Shown piece by piece: positions 35,013 through 48,300 of a stretch of 64,000 nucleotides of DNA. This DNA is from Camelus dromedarius (taxonomy: Eukaryota): positions 23,250,001-23,314,000 of the forward strand of contig NC_087447.1 of the NCBI RefSeq assembly GCF_036321535.1, read 5' to 3'. The notes below the pieces were generated by a model. It ran no database searches. It was not told the origin of the DNA and saw only the letters and a list, made by a program, of their open reading frames with translations. Within the stretch, counting starts at the first letter, position 1. Each line of letters opens with the position of its first letter. The translations under genes and the position numbers were made by a program.

Positions 35013-35619
35013 TATACTCTACTACCATATATAATATCTGTGTGTGTCTCATAAATGCCGTGTCTTAAGTCATCACATAATAACATCTGTGTCTCATGCA
35101 GATAATGTCTTAAGTCATTTTCTAGCTAATTTAACATCCCCTTCCCATGTTTAAAGAAATTTACACGTCCAGATGCGCCAAGTCTACCTTAAGACTTCAT
35201 CTTCCCCTTCATACAATCTTAAACCTTAAGGGGGAACAGAAGGCCCAGTTTGAGAAGTAAGACATTTGATCGTTGGCATTCAAAAATTTGACACTGATGG
35301 ATTTAACTCTCCACAAAAGATCCTAAAGACCCACGATGGATAGAATTTTAAAACTGTGCTGGGGCCTGAGTTAGGCTTGTAAGCATGAGTTTCCAGGCTA
35401 GTGGCTGGAAGCAAATCCTTCACCCAAGGAGGGGGCCTGACCAGCAGCCCACCATGCACAATCTAACTTGGCCATCTTATTCTCTAGTTACTGGGCTTTC
35501 AATTGTTAGGTAAGGACACTCAGCAAGGTCAGAGGCCTACCAGCCTTCTCTCCAGCCCCCACAGACAATAAATGCCTCTAAGCCAAGCCATTTGGCTTAC
35601 ACCCCAATTCTACCATTAG

Positions 35620-36110
35620 ATTGATGTCACTCCCTTATTCAAACCCTGCAGTGACTTCCCATCACACTGAGAATACAGTCCAAACTCTCTACCATAGCGT
35701 ACAAGGCCCTGTGTGATCTGGCACCTGCTTACCTCTCCGCCCTGGCACTCTTCCCCCTGTTCCCTGGGTTTTATCCACCATGGCCTCCCTGCTCTTCTCA
35801 GAACAGGCCACGATGCTCCCACGTGCCTGGCTTTGCACTGCTGTCCACCATACTGTGGCTTCCCTCTCTCGCTCCGATCAGCCTGCCCTAAACCCAGACC
35901 CGCTATCTTCTCAGAAAAGAAGCCTCCCTAGCCTCGTGTGGTCCCTTGCTCTGCTTTCTCTTTTATAACCCTTGTCACTCTCTGACTTCATGTAAGTTAC
36001 TTAACAATTATTTGTTTACTGCTGCCCCCCCCCCAACGTAGCAGGTAAGCACCCTGGAGACAGGAATCTTTTTCCTGCTGGAGAGACACTCAGTGAGCCT
36101 CTGCTATGTG
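35620..36110 (+). mobile_element. L2 LINE 3' fragment
   Basis: atgtcactcccttattcaaaccctgcagtgacttccc...caaggccctgtgtgatctggc...ggagacaggaatc. Confidence 0.75.
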
Positions 36111-36219
36111 GATGGAGGCCACGGGAATTCCCAAGTTAAGTGGAGATTGTCAGCCATGCTGTGGAAGGCTGGCTGGTCAAGGCAACCCAAAACACAGAGC
36201 CAGTCCACCTGGAACCAAC

Positions 36220-36353
36220 CTGAAGCATTGAAGCAATACGTGTCGTACTGGGAGGTATTGGATGTGAGGACGTACACCCCTGTGTTATTGGCAGCACAGA
36301 TGGAATTGGGGTGGATCCGGGGGATCACCACGTGCCCGTCTATGAACCCATAC
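36220..36353 (-). CDS. CD44: CD44 constant exon 3, 134 nt, Link module: [45 protein letters not shown]
   Basis: Acceptor ttttctttttgcag|GTATGG, donor TTCAG|gttggt; two Link cysteines and three N-sequons present. Confidence 0.99.
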
Positions 36354-38618
36354 CTGCAAAAGAAAAGCCAGAGGTTATCCACCTGCAAGGCTGCAACCAG
36401 GGATTTCACAATATCCTGCTGAGTGACATTGCATGCCGTGCAATGCTTGCTTCAGTTCACCCCTAGGGATGTTAGCAGTTTCGACAACTGAGGTAAATGA
36501 AAGCCAAACATGACAGCAGAGGGGCAGTCAAAGGGATCAACAAGGCTGATGGAGACAAAGTGACTTTTTTAGAGCTCTATAAAAAGCTAAAAAAAAAAAA
36601 TAGATTCATGAAGGAAAAAAAGTTAGTTTCAAATAAAATCTGTGGTCAGCAGTCAGGCTGGTCTGAACAAGCAGAGGGAAGCCCAAGTCACAGAAGACAG
36701 AATGACCCCTTTATGGTGTGAGACCCACTCTGGCCCTCCATTTCCTTCCTATTTTCCAGAAAATACAGAAAATGACTGGCTCCCATGAGGTGGCAGTAAG
36801 TGGCTCTTCATTTCCGTCCACGAATGTCAAACCTGCCTTGTTTCCCCTCCCCTCCTCTTCTTCCCTGGCCTCGCCTTTTTCTTCATTCCCCTTGCCCCAG
36901 ACCTCGTTGCTCTAAACACGAAGTCTTATTATATAAACAGATACAGTGCATCTTGCCCTGTGAGCATCCAGGGCATAATTCCATTGCCAGTGGAAGTCAA
37001 TTGACCACCATTAAAATGGGAGTAATAGTGATTAAATAGATGGCAATGTCTCATTAGCTCAGGAATTTTCCAGAAGCAGCGGTCAGAGAAGCGCTTAAGC
37101 CCCTCTGCCCCATCATGGTGTTTCTGGGAGCCTGTTGGAGCGGGAAGCCCTTTCAGATACAACACACAGCACCCAGCCTCTTCCACTAGCATCACGGTGG
37201 CTGAATACTCACTGCATGAATTCTCTAGGATTAAAAAAAAAATGCCTCAAAAAATGAGATGTGGGCTGAGAAAATACCATTTGCAAGGGAAGAGCAGAGA
37301 GGGAGAAGCTAAATCCAACAGGTTTTTGAAAATGCAATGCTGGCTAAAATGCGCAGCCCAAATCCTTTAAATCTTTCCTGCCAGGGGCGACATACTGCAT
37401 CACCCTGCAAGACCCATGGAAATGGCTGTGAGTTTGACATTTCTAAGTACTTAGAACTCATTATGTCTACGTTGCAAAAGCTGGCATGACTCATTCCTCA
37501 TCTGAATGGCCAGACTGGTTTCTCCAAAGACTCCTGAGTTTGGAGGGGGAGGGGGCGCAATTAAATGTTAATACGTTTCCTTATATCTGAGAATTGCTAC
37601 TAATCAGGGTGGGGCAGACAGAAGAGAGTAGCTGCTAAGGTTTTACCATCACCTGTGAGACTCTCCCATCTGTCCTCCGGCGGGTATCTGATTCATAGCT
37701 ACCCGAGTGAAATGATGGAAATGAATTTTGCAACACTTAAAACCAGCTATGGGTGGAACGATAGATTTCTTTGGCACAGTTTTTCTTTTTTCTTTTTTAA
37801 ATACTAATACCCTTTGGTGAGCCTGCTCCCCATCCCATTTTCAGCTAGTCCATGTAACACTGAGGTGCCAGAATCTGTAATTCCTTTTGTAAATTATCTC
37901 TGAGTTTTTTGCCACACATCATGTCGACCGCCAGTTTTATGAGTCGCCCTGCCCCTGAGTTGGGGATATTACAATTTATAAGTGTGTATACAGCAGGAGT
38001 GGGTTGCCGATCACAGGAAGGAGAGAAATACTCAGCAAATCCATCCAGTAGCACACTTCCAACTCCCTTTTGCTCTCAGTCCTTGGGGAAGGCTGGGTCA
38101 TTAAATCTTGCCCTGGGCTCAGAAGCAGGTCTGGAAACCCGACTCCTCCCCCGCAAGGGATGTGGCCCAGAGTGGGCTGCAGAAGTAAGCCTCAGTTGCT
38201 TCCTCTATAAAGTGGATAATAAAACTGACCCGTGGTGCAGTCTGAGGATTGAGTGAGGGACGTGGGCAGGTGGGCCGGGGGTGCCCAGGATCTAAGCCCT
38301 CGATGATTGGCCAGTGGGCGTTGTAAGAACTTCCCTTGTTTTCAGCATAGGAGAACGTTTCTGTATTTCATAAGTTTGTCTTGTCTGCATTTCACAATCA
38401 AAATTCAGCTTACTAAATCCACTTTCTCAGGCGACTGGCTTCTCAGGGCTGTATTTAAACAATTAGCCTTGGGAATAGAACAAATGGATCTGCTAATTAG
38501 CCTTCCTTCACTGCAGCCTACAGCTCAGGAGCAGTAGCTACCAGAGCAGTCCGTTCCTTTAATTTTCTCCCAGACGTAGGTCTGAACACTTGTCTGCACA
38601 CCTCGGCTCTGTTTTACA

Positions 38619-38815
38619 GCAGTGCTGCTCAACAGAATTTTCTGTGATAATGGAAATGTTCTCTAATCTATGTTGTCTGATAAGAGTAGCCACTAGTCAT
38701 TTATGACTAATGAAGCACTTGAAATGTAGCTCATGCCACTGAAGAATTAAAGTTTTGATTTTACCTAATTTTAATTAAGTGTGAACGTGGCTAGTAGCTA
38801 CCACATTAGTGCAAT
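38619..38815. mobile_element. MER3 hAT-Charlie element
   Basis: cagtgctgctcaacagaattttctgtgataatggaaatgttct...gcacttgaaatgtagct...gtggctagtagctacc. Confidence 0.85.
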
Positions 38816-39359
38816 TGTAAAGATTTTCCTTTTCCTTTTCCTTTTCCTTTTCAGCAAAAGAGTCTCAGCTCCCATCCATACTCTGGCTGCCTCACTCTGT
38901 AACCAAGGACAGGGGATAGGTGTATTTAACTTACGTTTAATGGTTTCTGTAAAGAGTTCTGCAGCTTGACTTTTTAAAAAGCAGTCTGGTTGCATACGTG
39001 CGCATTAAAGAAAAAAGAGAACCAAGTTACCTAAGGACATCACATTGCAAAAGCACAGAAGGGTAGCTGCAGGCTGGGGTGGAAACTTCGGAGCAGTCAC
39101 TCAGATTCCCCAGAGTTCTTCTAACAAAAACAAACCAGACCAAAACACTTCACCACGGTGGTCACCACTGCTCATTCCTAATGTGCACCACTCACCACAG
39201 GCCATCAGAAATTCAAAAATAAAAAAAAATTAAAAAAATAAGGGCCATGCCTGCTGTGAATGTCCTTGAGCAAAAGGCCCGGCGACCAGCTCCATGAACA
39301 CGGTGATATCCGGTGGGAGGCCGCCTATCTTCCTCTGATCACTTGTAATAATACATCGG

Positions 39360-39510
39360 ATAGGTCATTACAAGCTATTGAACTGTGCTCTATAGGAGGA
39401 CACTGTTGTTTATCTATATATGTAGAACTGAATCACTATCCTGTACACCAGAAGCTAACACAACATTGTGAATCAACTATACTACAATAAAAACAAATAA
39501 AATAAAAACA
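39360..39510 (+). mobile_element. L1 3' fragment with inverted 5' segment
   Basis: 39360-39417 is antisense L1 3'UTR; about 39416-39510 is sense L1 end with A-rich tail. Confidence 0.7.
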
Positions 39511-40025
39511 GACTTAGAGAAAAAAGAATATATCTCAATAATTTCCATGTCCTTTTCTCTCAAAATAGAGCAACACAGAAGAGAAACGAAATAAAGAGAG
39601 AGAGTTGTTAGAAAAATCTGCTTTAGCCAAGTCTGCAGGGTCAGGACTCCACCAGGCACATATTTATTTTAAACACTGTTATTTGCTTTCCGTGTTCTTG
39701 TGGTTCCGACAGTGGTATAATATTGCACGCTTCTTCAAAGCCCGGAGAGAGCGCTGTGGAAGCACTTCAGGCAAGTGGATGCCAACCCATGACCCTTAAT
39801 GGCCTCCTCTGGGCAACCCCGCCCTGATTCACAAAGTGTCTCTAGCCGGCCTCAGATTTTAGTCTTCGTACGGGTTCCAGATGGACGAGACCAAGTTAAT
39901 GGGCGGGGCTGACTCTTCAGGCAACCATCCATTCAGCTGTCTGGGAGGGGCCTTCCCGGCTCTAAGCCCCGCCCCCTGCACCCAGGCTGACAGCTTTCAG
40001 CAGAGGGCTGGTGCTAGTCTCTCAC

Positions 40026-40191
40026 CTGCAGGTCTCAAACCCTTTGTTCCGGGCTGCCTCCATCTGGGCCATGGTGGGCAGCGTGCTGTTGAAGGCCTTG
40101 CAGAGGTCAGCAGCCTCAGTCTTCGAGATGCTGTAGCGACCATTTTTCTCCACGTGGAACACACCTGCGTAGCGGCAGGTTATATTCAGAT
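40026..40191 (-). CDS. CD44: CD44 constant exon 2, 166 nt, Link module: [56 protein letters not shown]
   Basis: Acceptor ttcatcccgcag|ATCTG, donor CTGCAG|gtgaga; hyaluronan-contact residues in GRY and CRY are present. Confidence 0.99.
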
Positions 40192-40714
40192 CTGCGGGAT
40201 GAAACGGGAAACGTTAGAGTCTTCTGCATCATTAATTTGGAAAGGGTAACAAGTCTGCTTTAGAGCAACCTCATTAAAAAGCCAAATGATCTTCCCTACT
40301 GGCCAGAGCCTTCGACATTCACGGCAGTATTTCAAAGCCCCACTAGCTCAAGCTCAAATGTGCGGTAAGAGGTAAGCCTCAGTTAAAGCAGCATCGCGCT
40401 TACCGTCTCTCCACCGATAGCTCCACAACAAAGTTTGTTAAAAGCGGATGATTTCTTTCTGGTTAAGAAAGTGATACAAACTTATGGCAAACCTACGAAA
40501 ATCAGGGAGGTAATGAAGAAATAGCAACTTCACCTCTAAGAAGACTACTGCAAGCATTTTCAACATTTTCCTGTATCTTGTTTCAGTCTGTTTTCTGAAT
40601 GTGTGTGTGTTGTGTGTGTGTGTGTGTGCTTGTATAGTTTAAATATACAATTTTAGCTGTGGGAAACTTTTTTCCCCACTTAATCTTACATTATGAATAT
40701 TTCCCCACCATCAT

Positions 40715-41245
40715 GTGATGTTGCTCCCTGGTTGATAACCTCCAATGGCTCCTAGTTGGACCCAGAATAAATTTCCTTATCATGGCTGATAAGACTTACA
40801 TGATCTGGCTCCTTGCTCCCCCTCTAACCTTTAAGTAGCTCCCTCTGCTCTAGGCACAAAGCTTTCCTTCAGTTCCTTTGGATGTTCTGAGCGCTTCCCC
40901 ACCTTAGAACATTTATAGCCATCTTCCCTCATCTATATCTGTCTGGAATGTTCTGTCCTCCAATCATCCTGTTTTTGTTTTTCACCTCCACATTGCCTCA
41001 TGGTAGGATCGTTTCTTGAACATTCTTATCCAACCCTCAGCATCTCCCTCACCTCGCCCTGCTTTTGTGTCTTCACAGCAACTCGTTTGTGATTTATGTA
41101 TCTGGTTATTTTCCGTCGGCCCTTTCTGTGATGAAAGCCTCAAGGAAGCAAGGGCCTTTGCCCGTTTACGGCTGTTTCTTTAACACTCAGGACCGTGGCT
41201 GACAGAGAGAGGATGCTCAGTAAGTATCTGCTGAGTAAATAAACA
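40715..41245 (+). mobile_element. L2 LINE 3' fragment
   Basis: ctccaatggctcc...catgatctggctcc...ggatgctcagtaagtatctgctgagtaaat. Confidence 0.7.
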
Positions 41246-44200
41246 ACTCATTGGAATTTCCTCAAAAACACACTTTGAACATCTGACAGACTGACCCAGG
41301 ACTTGTTCTTTCCTCCCAAGAGTTAACTGCATCCAAAACGAAACCTAACTGCCACCAACCAGTTAAAAAATGATTTAGTCCTAGGACTTCTGTGAGTTCT
41401 GCAGACACGAATCTGAAATCTCAATAGGAGCTAGGAAAAAAAAAAAAATCACCTGACCCTACGTAACAATCTCAGAAGACTTCAAAGACCTTCAGTGAAA
41501 ACTTGTTATTCTTCTGTATTACGCTTGGTTTGCACTAGAGTAAACGCCAACACAGAAAGGTTAAGTCCTTGAAGCCATCCTGGTGAAGTGTCAGCACGTC
41601 CTTGAGCTTCGGGGACAGTCCTTCTCTAAGGAAGCTCACGGGCGTTGACTCTGGGCCCACCACATGGTGGCCCATGTGCCAGACTCAACACCACTCCATC
41701 ATTCCCAAGCCAGGTCTGGATTCAGACAGAACTGGCTTTAACTCAGACTCTCCCTCTCACATGGGCACGTCCAGAGGTAGCCAGGAAGATTCTGCTTAGT
41801 GATCAATGAAAGAACTGAGGCTCAGAGAAGTGAGTTGCCCAAGGAAGTGAGAATTGCTATCCGGAGCCTGGAGTTGCCTTCCTGAATCCCAGTGGCTTTG
41901 TTCTGCGTTGTTGGGCTGACAGACAGGGGAGGGGAGGAGGCCTGTGACTGCAGCATCCCTGGGTACCCAGCACTTTTGGGGTTCTATGTTGTACCATCTT
42001 CCAAGAACCCTAAGAAGCATCTTTTATGTATGTAGGTATGTATTACTCACAGGTAAAGAAACTGAGACTCAGAAAAGTTCAATGACTTTGCAAAGTCACC
42101 CAGCTACTTAGTGGCAGAGCTGGAAATCCATTTCAGGCCTGTTTAACACCAAAAGCCACGCTCCAATCCACTCTGTTATGTGACAAGGATCCTTTCGTAT
42201 CATTAGAGCAAGTTCTCTCTCTGGAGGGGAGAGACAGACCTAAGCAAACTAAACTTACATAATGACAAAGATAGGGTCCATGGTCTGAAATTGTACAGCC
42301 AACAACTGCTTTCTCCTTTCTGGCAGGAAGCAGGTTCCAACCACTAGAAAAGTGTCTGACAAATGCAAACCGAGATGATAAGAGAACAGTTACATTTCTG
42401 TACAACCTTTCTGGACACTGAAAATGGTAAAAGAAGAAACAAGAAATGGAGCTTTGAAAAGACATAGGCCAGTATCAAGTAATTTTCTTTTCTTTGTATC
42501 ATTAGCATGCAGGTGCCCTTTAAAAGCATCAGAACTGGGTGAAGTGGAGAAAATGTGTTTGGGGACAATTAATTCCTTTTTGGGTCTAATTCCTTTTTGG
42601 TGTCCTTCTAAATCCACCGGCACAATACTTGGCTGATGAGGCAGGGGGAACACAGAGCAGGGAAATGTACACAGTCCTTCTGAAATACTGTTTGTTTTTA
42701 CTGACATTTTCAGCTCTGGTCTCGGTCAGCTTATCTTTGCCAAAGGAAACTGTCACGCTGGGTGACCGTCCTTCCGGGCACCCTCCATGTCTAGCTTCCA
42801 AAAGAAAAACAAAGCCTCCCGATCAGCTTCTCGGAGGTGAGGCTGACTGCAGAGACTTCAGCAGATGCCAAGAGAGGCAGACCTCCCATCAGTGCACGGT
42901 CAGGTGGCCACTGTCACTCCCAGGTTAAAAATAAAGTCTGCGGCATGGACGGTGGTTTGGAGCTGAACGGCAGTTTCTGTCTTATTAAAATGAATTTGAG
43001 TTTGCCACCTGCCACACAAAATATGCAAATGCAAAAAGAGCCAATTCTGACTGAGACTTCTGAGTAAAATCCCTTGAGTTCCGTGGGCAGCAGCCAACAT
43101 CGCTTGATAGACAATACACACACGCATGTGTGTGTCTCTGGGTGTGCATGCAAGCAGCGAGTGCGTGTTGTGCGTGCCTGTGGTCAGCCAAGACAGGAAG
43201 GGACAGATAAACTCAAGCTTCAGCCTTCCTGGACTGCGAGGCTTAAACAGACGGTATAGCACTTTTCAGAAAAGAGCTGCTGAATGAATGAAGAAATTCT
43301 ATGTGATGTGAGACTTCCACAGCTTACATTTCTTTTCATTTCACAGAAAAGGGTCTGATTCCTAACCCTGATGGCACTGAGCCATCTAGGAATTACAAAG
43401 ATGTTGCCAAAAGCTTTGTTTCAGGTCAACTATCCGTGAGTGTTCACAGTTCCTCCCCTCTGGGTCCCTTGTGTCTTAAAAGGGACCAAGGCTTCAGGGT
43501 TGCGTATCCTTTAAGTCCCGACAGTTGATGAAGTCTTTCCAAAAGGCTTCCTTAACACTTAACGCAAATGGAAATTATTACCCCAAAGGGTACTAACAAT
43601 ACAGCAATAAGAGCAACTAGTGCATATTGTACACTTACCATGTGTATGACAGGCACTCTTCTAAGCATTTTCCGAGTATGAATTCATTTCATCCTTAAAA
43701 CAGCCCCAAGAGGTAGGTAATTATATTACCCCCATTTTCCCGATACAGAAACTGAGGCACAGAGAAGGGTAGAAACGTGGCCAAGTTCACAGAGCTAGTG
43801 ATGAGAGAGCCAGCCAGTAGGGGTCCCAAGAGCCCACAGGCTCAGCCACCAGCTACCACTCCTCACCCCGATTCACGTAACTTTGTGTTCCGTCTCAATC
43901 ACCCCGGCGTAGAACATTCCCGAGGTTTGAGTAAAGTAAGAGTAGGGCCGAGGCCTGAGTAGCCGTGGACCACAGATCACTGGACAGACACCTGTGTCCC
44001 CGGGAATGGTCCGGAACACACAGCAAACCCCCGCAGAGAGGCAGGACTCCCCAGGAGGTCTGTGTGTCTCTCCTGAGAAACAAGGACCTCTGGGCTCCGG
44101 GATCTGCCGGTTCTCAAGAGCCTAATATTAAACAGCCGATCACATCTCTCAAACAAGACTCTCCAACTGGACGTGGATCAAGAATGTGTTCCGTTGAGGC

Positions 44201-45273
44201 CTCTGGTCTCCACTAAACTCCTGTGTCATGTAATAAAGGCATGCTCCCACGGTCCTCGCTCGGAGAGAGCCAATGGGCAACAGTGACTGTTGGAGGCCGC
44301 TTTTAGATTCAGGGTGGGGCCCCTCTGGAGGGAGAGTGTCGGTTACCGTCAGGTTTGCCAGGAGGGCAGAGGCGTCGTGGGCCCAGCACCCAGGGCTCTC
44401 ACTGCCCACATGGGACAAGGTGTGCCAGTGATCTGCTAGGAAGACCACAAACAAGCAGCTCTCTAAGAGAGCATCCTTACGGCTTCACCTACTCTCCAGC
44501 GCCAACCAACCTTAACCTCTCTGACACTGAGCCTTCCCTTAATGGAGGACAGGACTGCCCTGTCAGGGCTTGTGGGACTGTGAAATGAGCTAAGGCATGT
44601 CGGACACTGGAAGAAGCGTTTGGCACTTAATTAGAGCCAATGGGCATTGCATACTTACTAGGTGGCTGTACACTTCAGCTAAATTAATTCCCACAAAAAT
44701 GCTATAGACTCTGAAAAGACAAATGCTCAGGAGTAGGCACTACGGCCAGATCTGTTTTAGAGACAAGCAAACTGAGGCACAGAGAGGTTAAGTGGCTTGC
44801 CCAAAAGTCATCTAAATGGGAGAGTCAGCGTTCTAACTTCTGCTATGTTGCCAATTATGCAGGGCTCTGGGTAAATTCATTCTCACTTGGGCAAACCATA
44901 GTTGACCAGTAACACCAGTCATCTACCTATATGTTCCACTAAGCCTCACATCAAGGAAAATAGATCTGTCTAGTGAAATTGCCCTGGCACATTTCAAAAC
45001 CTTCCCTAGGCCCTGAGATGAATTGCTTCTGGGTGTGCTCCAGTCACTTTGCAAGTGGTAGAAAATCGTGTCTGCTGAGAGCAGAGCACCGCGTCATTTG
45101 TACTTAACTTGCCATTATCTACGAGTTTCCAAATTTTCCTGAGAGGTGAACAGGGCTGGAGGCGGGGGTGTCACACAACTGACCAGTGGAGCTGAGTGAC
45201 AAGAGGTCTTCAACCTGGCATCCACGAGTTGGTCTTCGGGGGTCTAGAAACCTGGGAAACTATACACAAGACT

Positions 45274-45282
45274 GTGTGTGTG

Positions 45283-45315
<33 letters not shown>
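45274..45315. repeat. (TG)n microsatellite
   Basis: Directly visible; similar tracts at about 40601-40628 and 63139-63165. Confidence 0.9.
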
Positions 45316-48300
45316 AGGTGTTTTGGTGAAGACAGCATCCCTGGGTTTCCATTAGCTTTTCAAAAATATCTATGACAGAAACAAGTAAAGAATTACAGGA
45401 AATTATCTTCAGGGTCTCTTCAGTAATCTGAAATTCCAAGATTCTGGAATTTTGGAACCTCTTTATGGGCTTCATGACAGCAGGGACCGCATCTCTCCCT
45501 CAGGACCCAGCACAGCACTGCACAGAGTAGGCACGTGTGGGACAGATGAATGAATGAATGAATGAGTGAGTGACTATACCTCCCTTCCCCCCTCCACGAG
45601 ACAAGCAGACTGTGGGGTGCGAAGGAGACATGTCTTAGGTCCACTCCCCTCGTCACGTCTGAAAGAATCGCCAGCTGGGCCCTGTGCCTTGAGAATTCCC
45701 ACCTGGACACTTCCCATGTCTTTAACTCGAAGGATTTGCTTCTGATTTGCTTTGCTATTTTCCCTGAAAGCAAATGTTTCAGAGACCAGCTGTCAGCTTT
45801 GTAACAGGCTTTGTCTGGCTGTCATCTCAGAGATGAGCACGGCCTTCTTCTGAGGCCAGATCTGAGAGAGGACGACAGATACAGTGCATCCTGTGCGAAG
45901 ACCACAGGAGACGGTCTACAGTCAACGGTGCCCGAGACTCCCCGTTCTCCAAACCAGACTTCTCCGGATGGTCCAAAATTGAACCCACTGGTTTTCCAAC
46001 AGGCTCCAGCCAGATGTGCCTGGTCCCTTTTGTCACCTCCTCAGGAGGGAGGAGGCAGGATTAGATTTTTTCCTACTGATTTGGTCCCCGAGTAGGCTCT
46101 GTGTCTGGGGAAGCTGGTTTTCTGGACGATGGGAATAAGGCTTGGTCCCTGTGACCCAATGACGTGCGGTTCCCACGGCCATGATGACAACGGCGAGCGC
46201 GCACCCAGCGCCTGGTCCGGCCCACGCGAGGTTTTCAACACTTTGCACCTAAGAATTCACTGACTTCTCACAACAGTCCCGTGTGGTCGGCACTTTTATT
46301 ATCCCCATTTGATGCAGGAGGTAACTGATTCCTTGAGAAGACATGAGAGACCTGAGCCAGGGGCTGGTGGACGTGGTTTCAGACTGGGCAGCCTGGCTGG
46401 TGACACCACGGTGTTAAGTGATCCCTTGTGCGTGGGAAGATACTAAAGCACAGGAAACCCTCTTATTTTCCATCTTGCATTTTTACAGTGCCGAGAGGTG
46501 AGGATTAAAAACAGAGCTCTGGGGAGGGAAACTGGAGTTCATTAAATATAATTTTGAGATCAGAGGTCTCTTGATTTTGGAACATGGGGCTTAAAAGGGC
46601 AAGGCCCTTTGCCCAAGAGTTTGGTAAGACTTTAAAGTGAGAAAATCTGAACTAATGGAACTTCCACCAGTCCCCAGGGGGATTTTGAGGTCTCGTGTTC
46701 ACCGGCTTTCGCTAACAGTGGGCTGGCTTCCTCTCCCCCATTCCCCCTGTGCTCTTCCCATGAGCCCCTCGGCAATCAGAGAATCCAACTCCAGCTGCAG
46801 CCTCATGCCTCCTCTGGGCTCTGGCCAAGGTCAGGCAGGGCAGAATAAAGAGAGGACCCCGGACTCAAGGGTGGCCCAGGGCTGGGACGCCAGACCACAG
46901 GCTATCCTTGTGACATTTTGAGATGATAGTTGCTCAACCCGAAAATCTCAACAGACCAGGCCATTGTAGCGGAGCACTGTACTCCAAGCTGTGGGTTCCC
47001 GACCCCACTGAGCTCCCGACCCCATTGAGCTCCTGCAGTCGGTTACATGCGAGTCTGCTGAGCAATGACAGCCAAAAGCACTGGTGAGCTCACCCCACTT
47101 TTCATCTTTATAGTGTTTATCATGAAATAGTGACGTTTCTGTTTCTGTCTTCTGATTTGCTGAGCTCGTGTCCGAAAAAGGATTATGTAACTCACAAATC
47201 TAACCAAAATGATTCTGATCAGAAGTAGGGAGAGAAAAAGCCAATTTTTTAAAAAGCCTTATTGCTGATAAGATCATCTGTGTTTAAAGCCAGGAGGGAC
47301 AACAGACAGCTTCTAACCAAATTCTCCTGAGATGCAAGAGAAAACAAAACCCGCGATGACTGAGCCTGGTCCCCAAGCCAGTTTTGAGAAAAGCAGGACC
47401 TCAGGGGTCCAGAATTGCCAGATTCCTGACCCTTAGTTCAATGCTCTTACTACTGAACCCCTTTTATAAGAGGCTTGTGCAAGCTGTTCCAATAAAGCCA
47501 CAATCCACTGTCTTAATGGGACATGAAGAAGCCATTCTGTTCTTCACTATGATTGTCTGATGTCTTCAAAGCCCAGAAGTTTCCATCTGGGAGTCTTCCT
47601 GGCTAGATTAGCCCCTGCTGCCACCCAGGCCTGCCCGTCCAGAGGGCTGGGCAGCCTTCCTGCCGCCCCACATCACTCGCCCCCATCCCCTGACGTCCAT
47701 GTGATGGGCGCCTGGTGAAAGGCTCCATTGTTCAGCATCCACTTCTCAATGAGGCCAAAATCACACTTGGTGGCCGAATCGCCTTTGGCTGCCCAGGGCA
47801 GACCATGAGTCTTGAGTGACTCAGTCTCTCCCGGAATTGCCCTGGAGGCAGGCGAGGGTTTAAGGAGCAGAGAAAATAGTCAGACACCATCATACCCAGA
47901 GAATTTCCTCCAGAATGTGTCCTGGGTTGCTTTCAACTGAGCTATTCATCTCTTGGCACTCTGAAAAGAAATGCACCCCAACTTCTTGGCACCTGGCTAT
48001 ACTCCCTGACCGCTCAGCTTCTTGTCCAAAGAAACTGTCATGGCAGCCAACAGGGGCCCATCGCATCCCCTCTGCCAGAGAAGAGTCCAAGGCTTCCCTC
48101 AGCCACTACCTCGGCCTTTCTCCAGCCCAGGCCTCCAAATGACCAACCCAGTGAGGCCTTCTGGTTGTTTTCAGAGTCTGAAGAAAGACCTCACCCCTGC
48201 CTCCTAGTGGGGTAATGGGAACTGGGGGAGACGAGGGGTGGGGAGGGCCTGGATCCAACAGCGAAGAAGAGAGTGTGTCCCAGAACTGTCACCTCAGTCC

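Noticed and set aside
46140-46290. CpG-rich patch in intron 1 as a possible alternative promoter
   Set aside because: Only about 150 bp, too short for a CpG island, and no downstream signal-peptide exon.
42580-47033. Short 17-bp tandem duplications near 42580-42610 and at 46997-47030
   Set aside because: Two-copy slippage events; no CRISPR-like or array structure.
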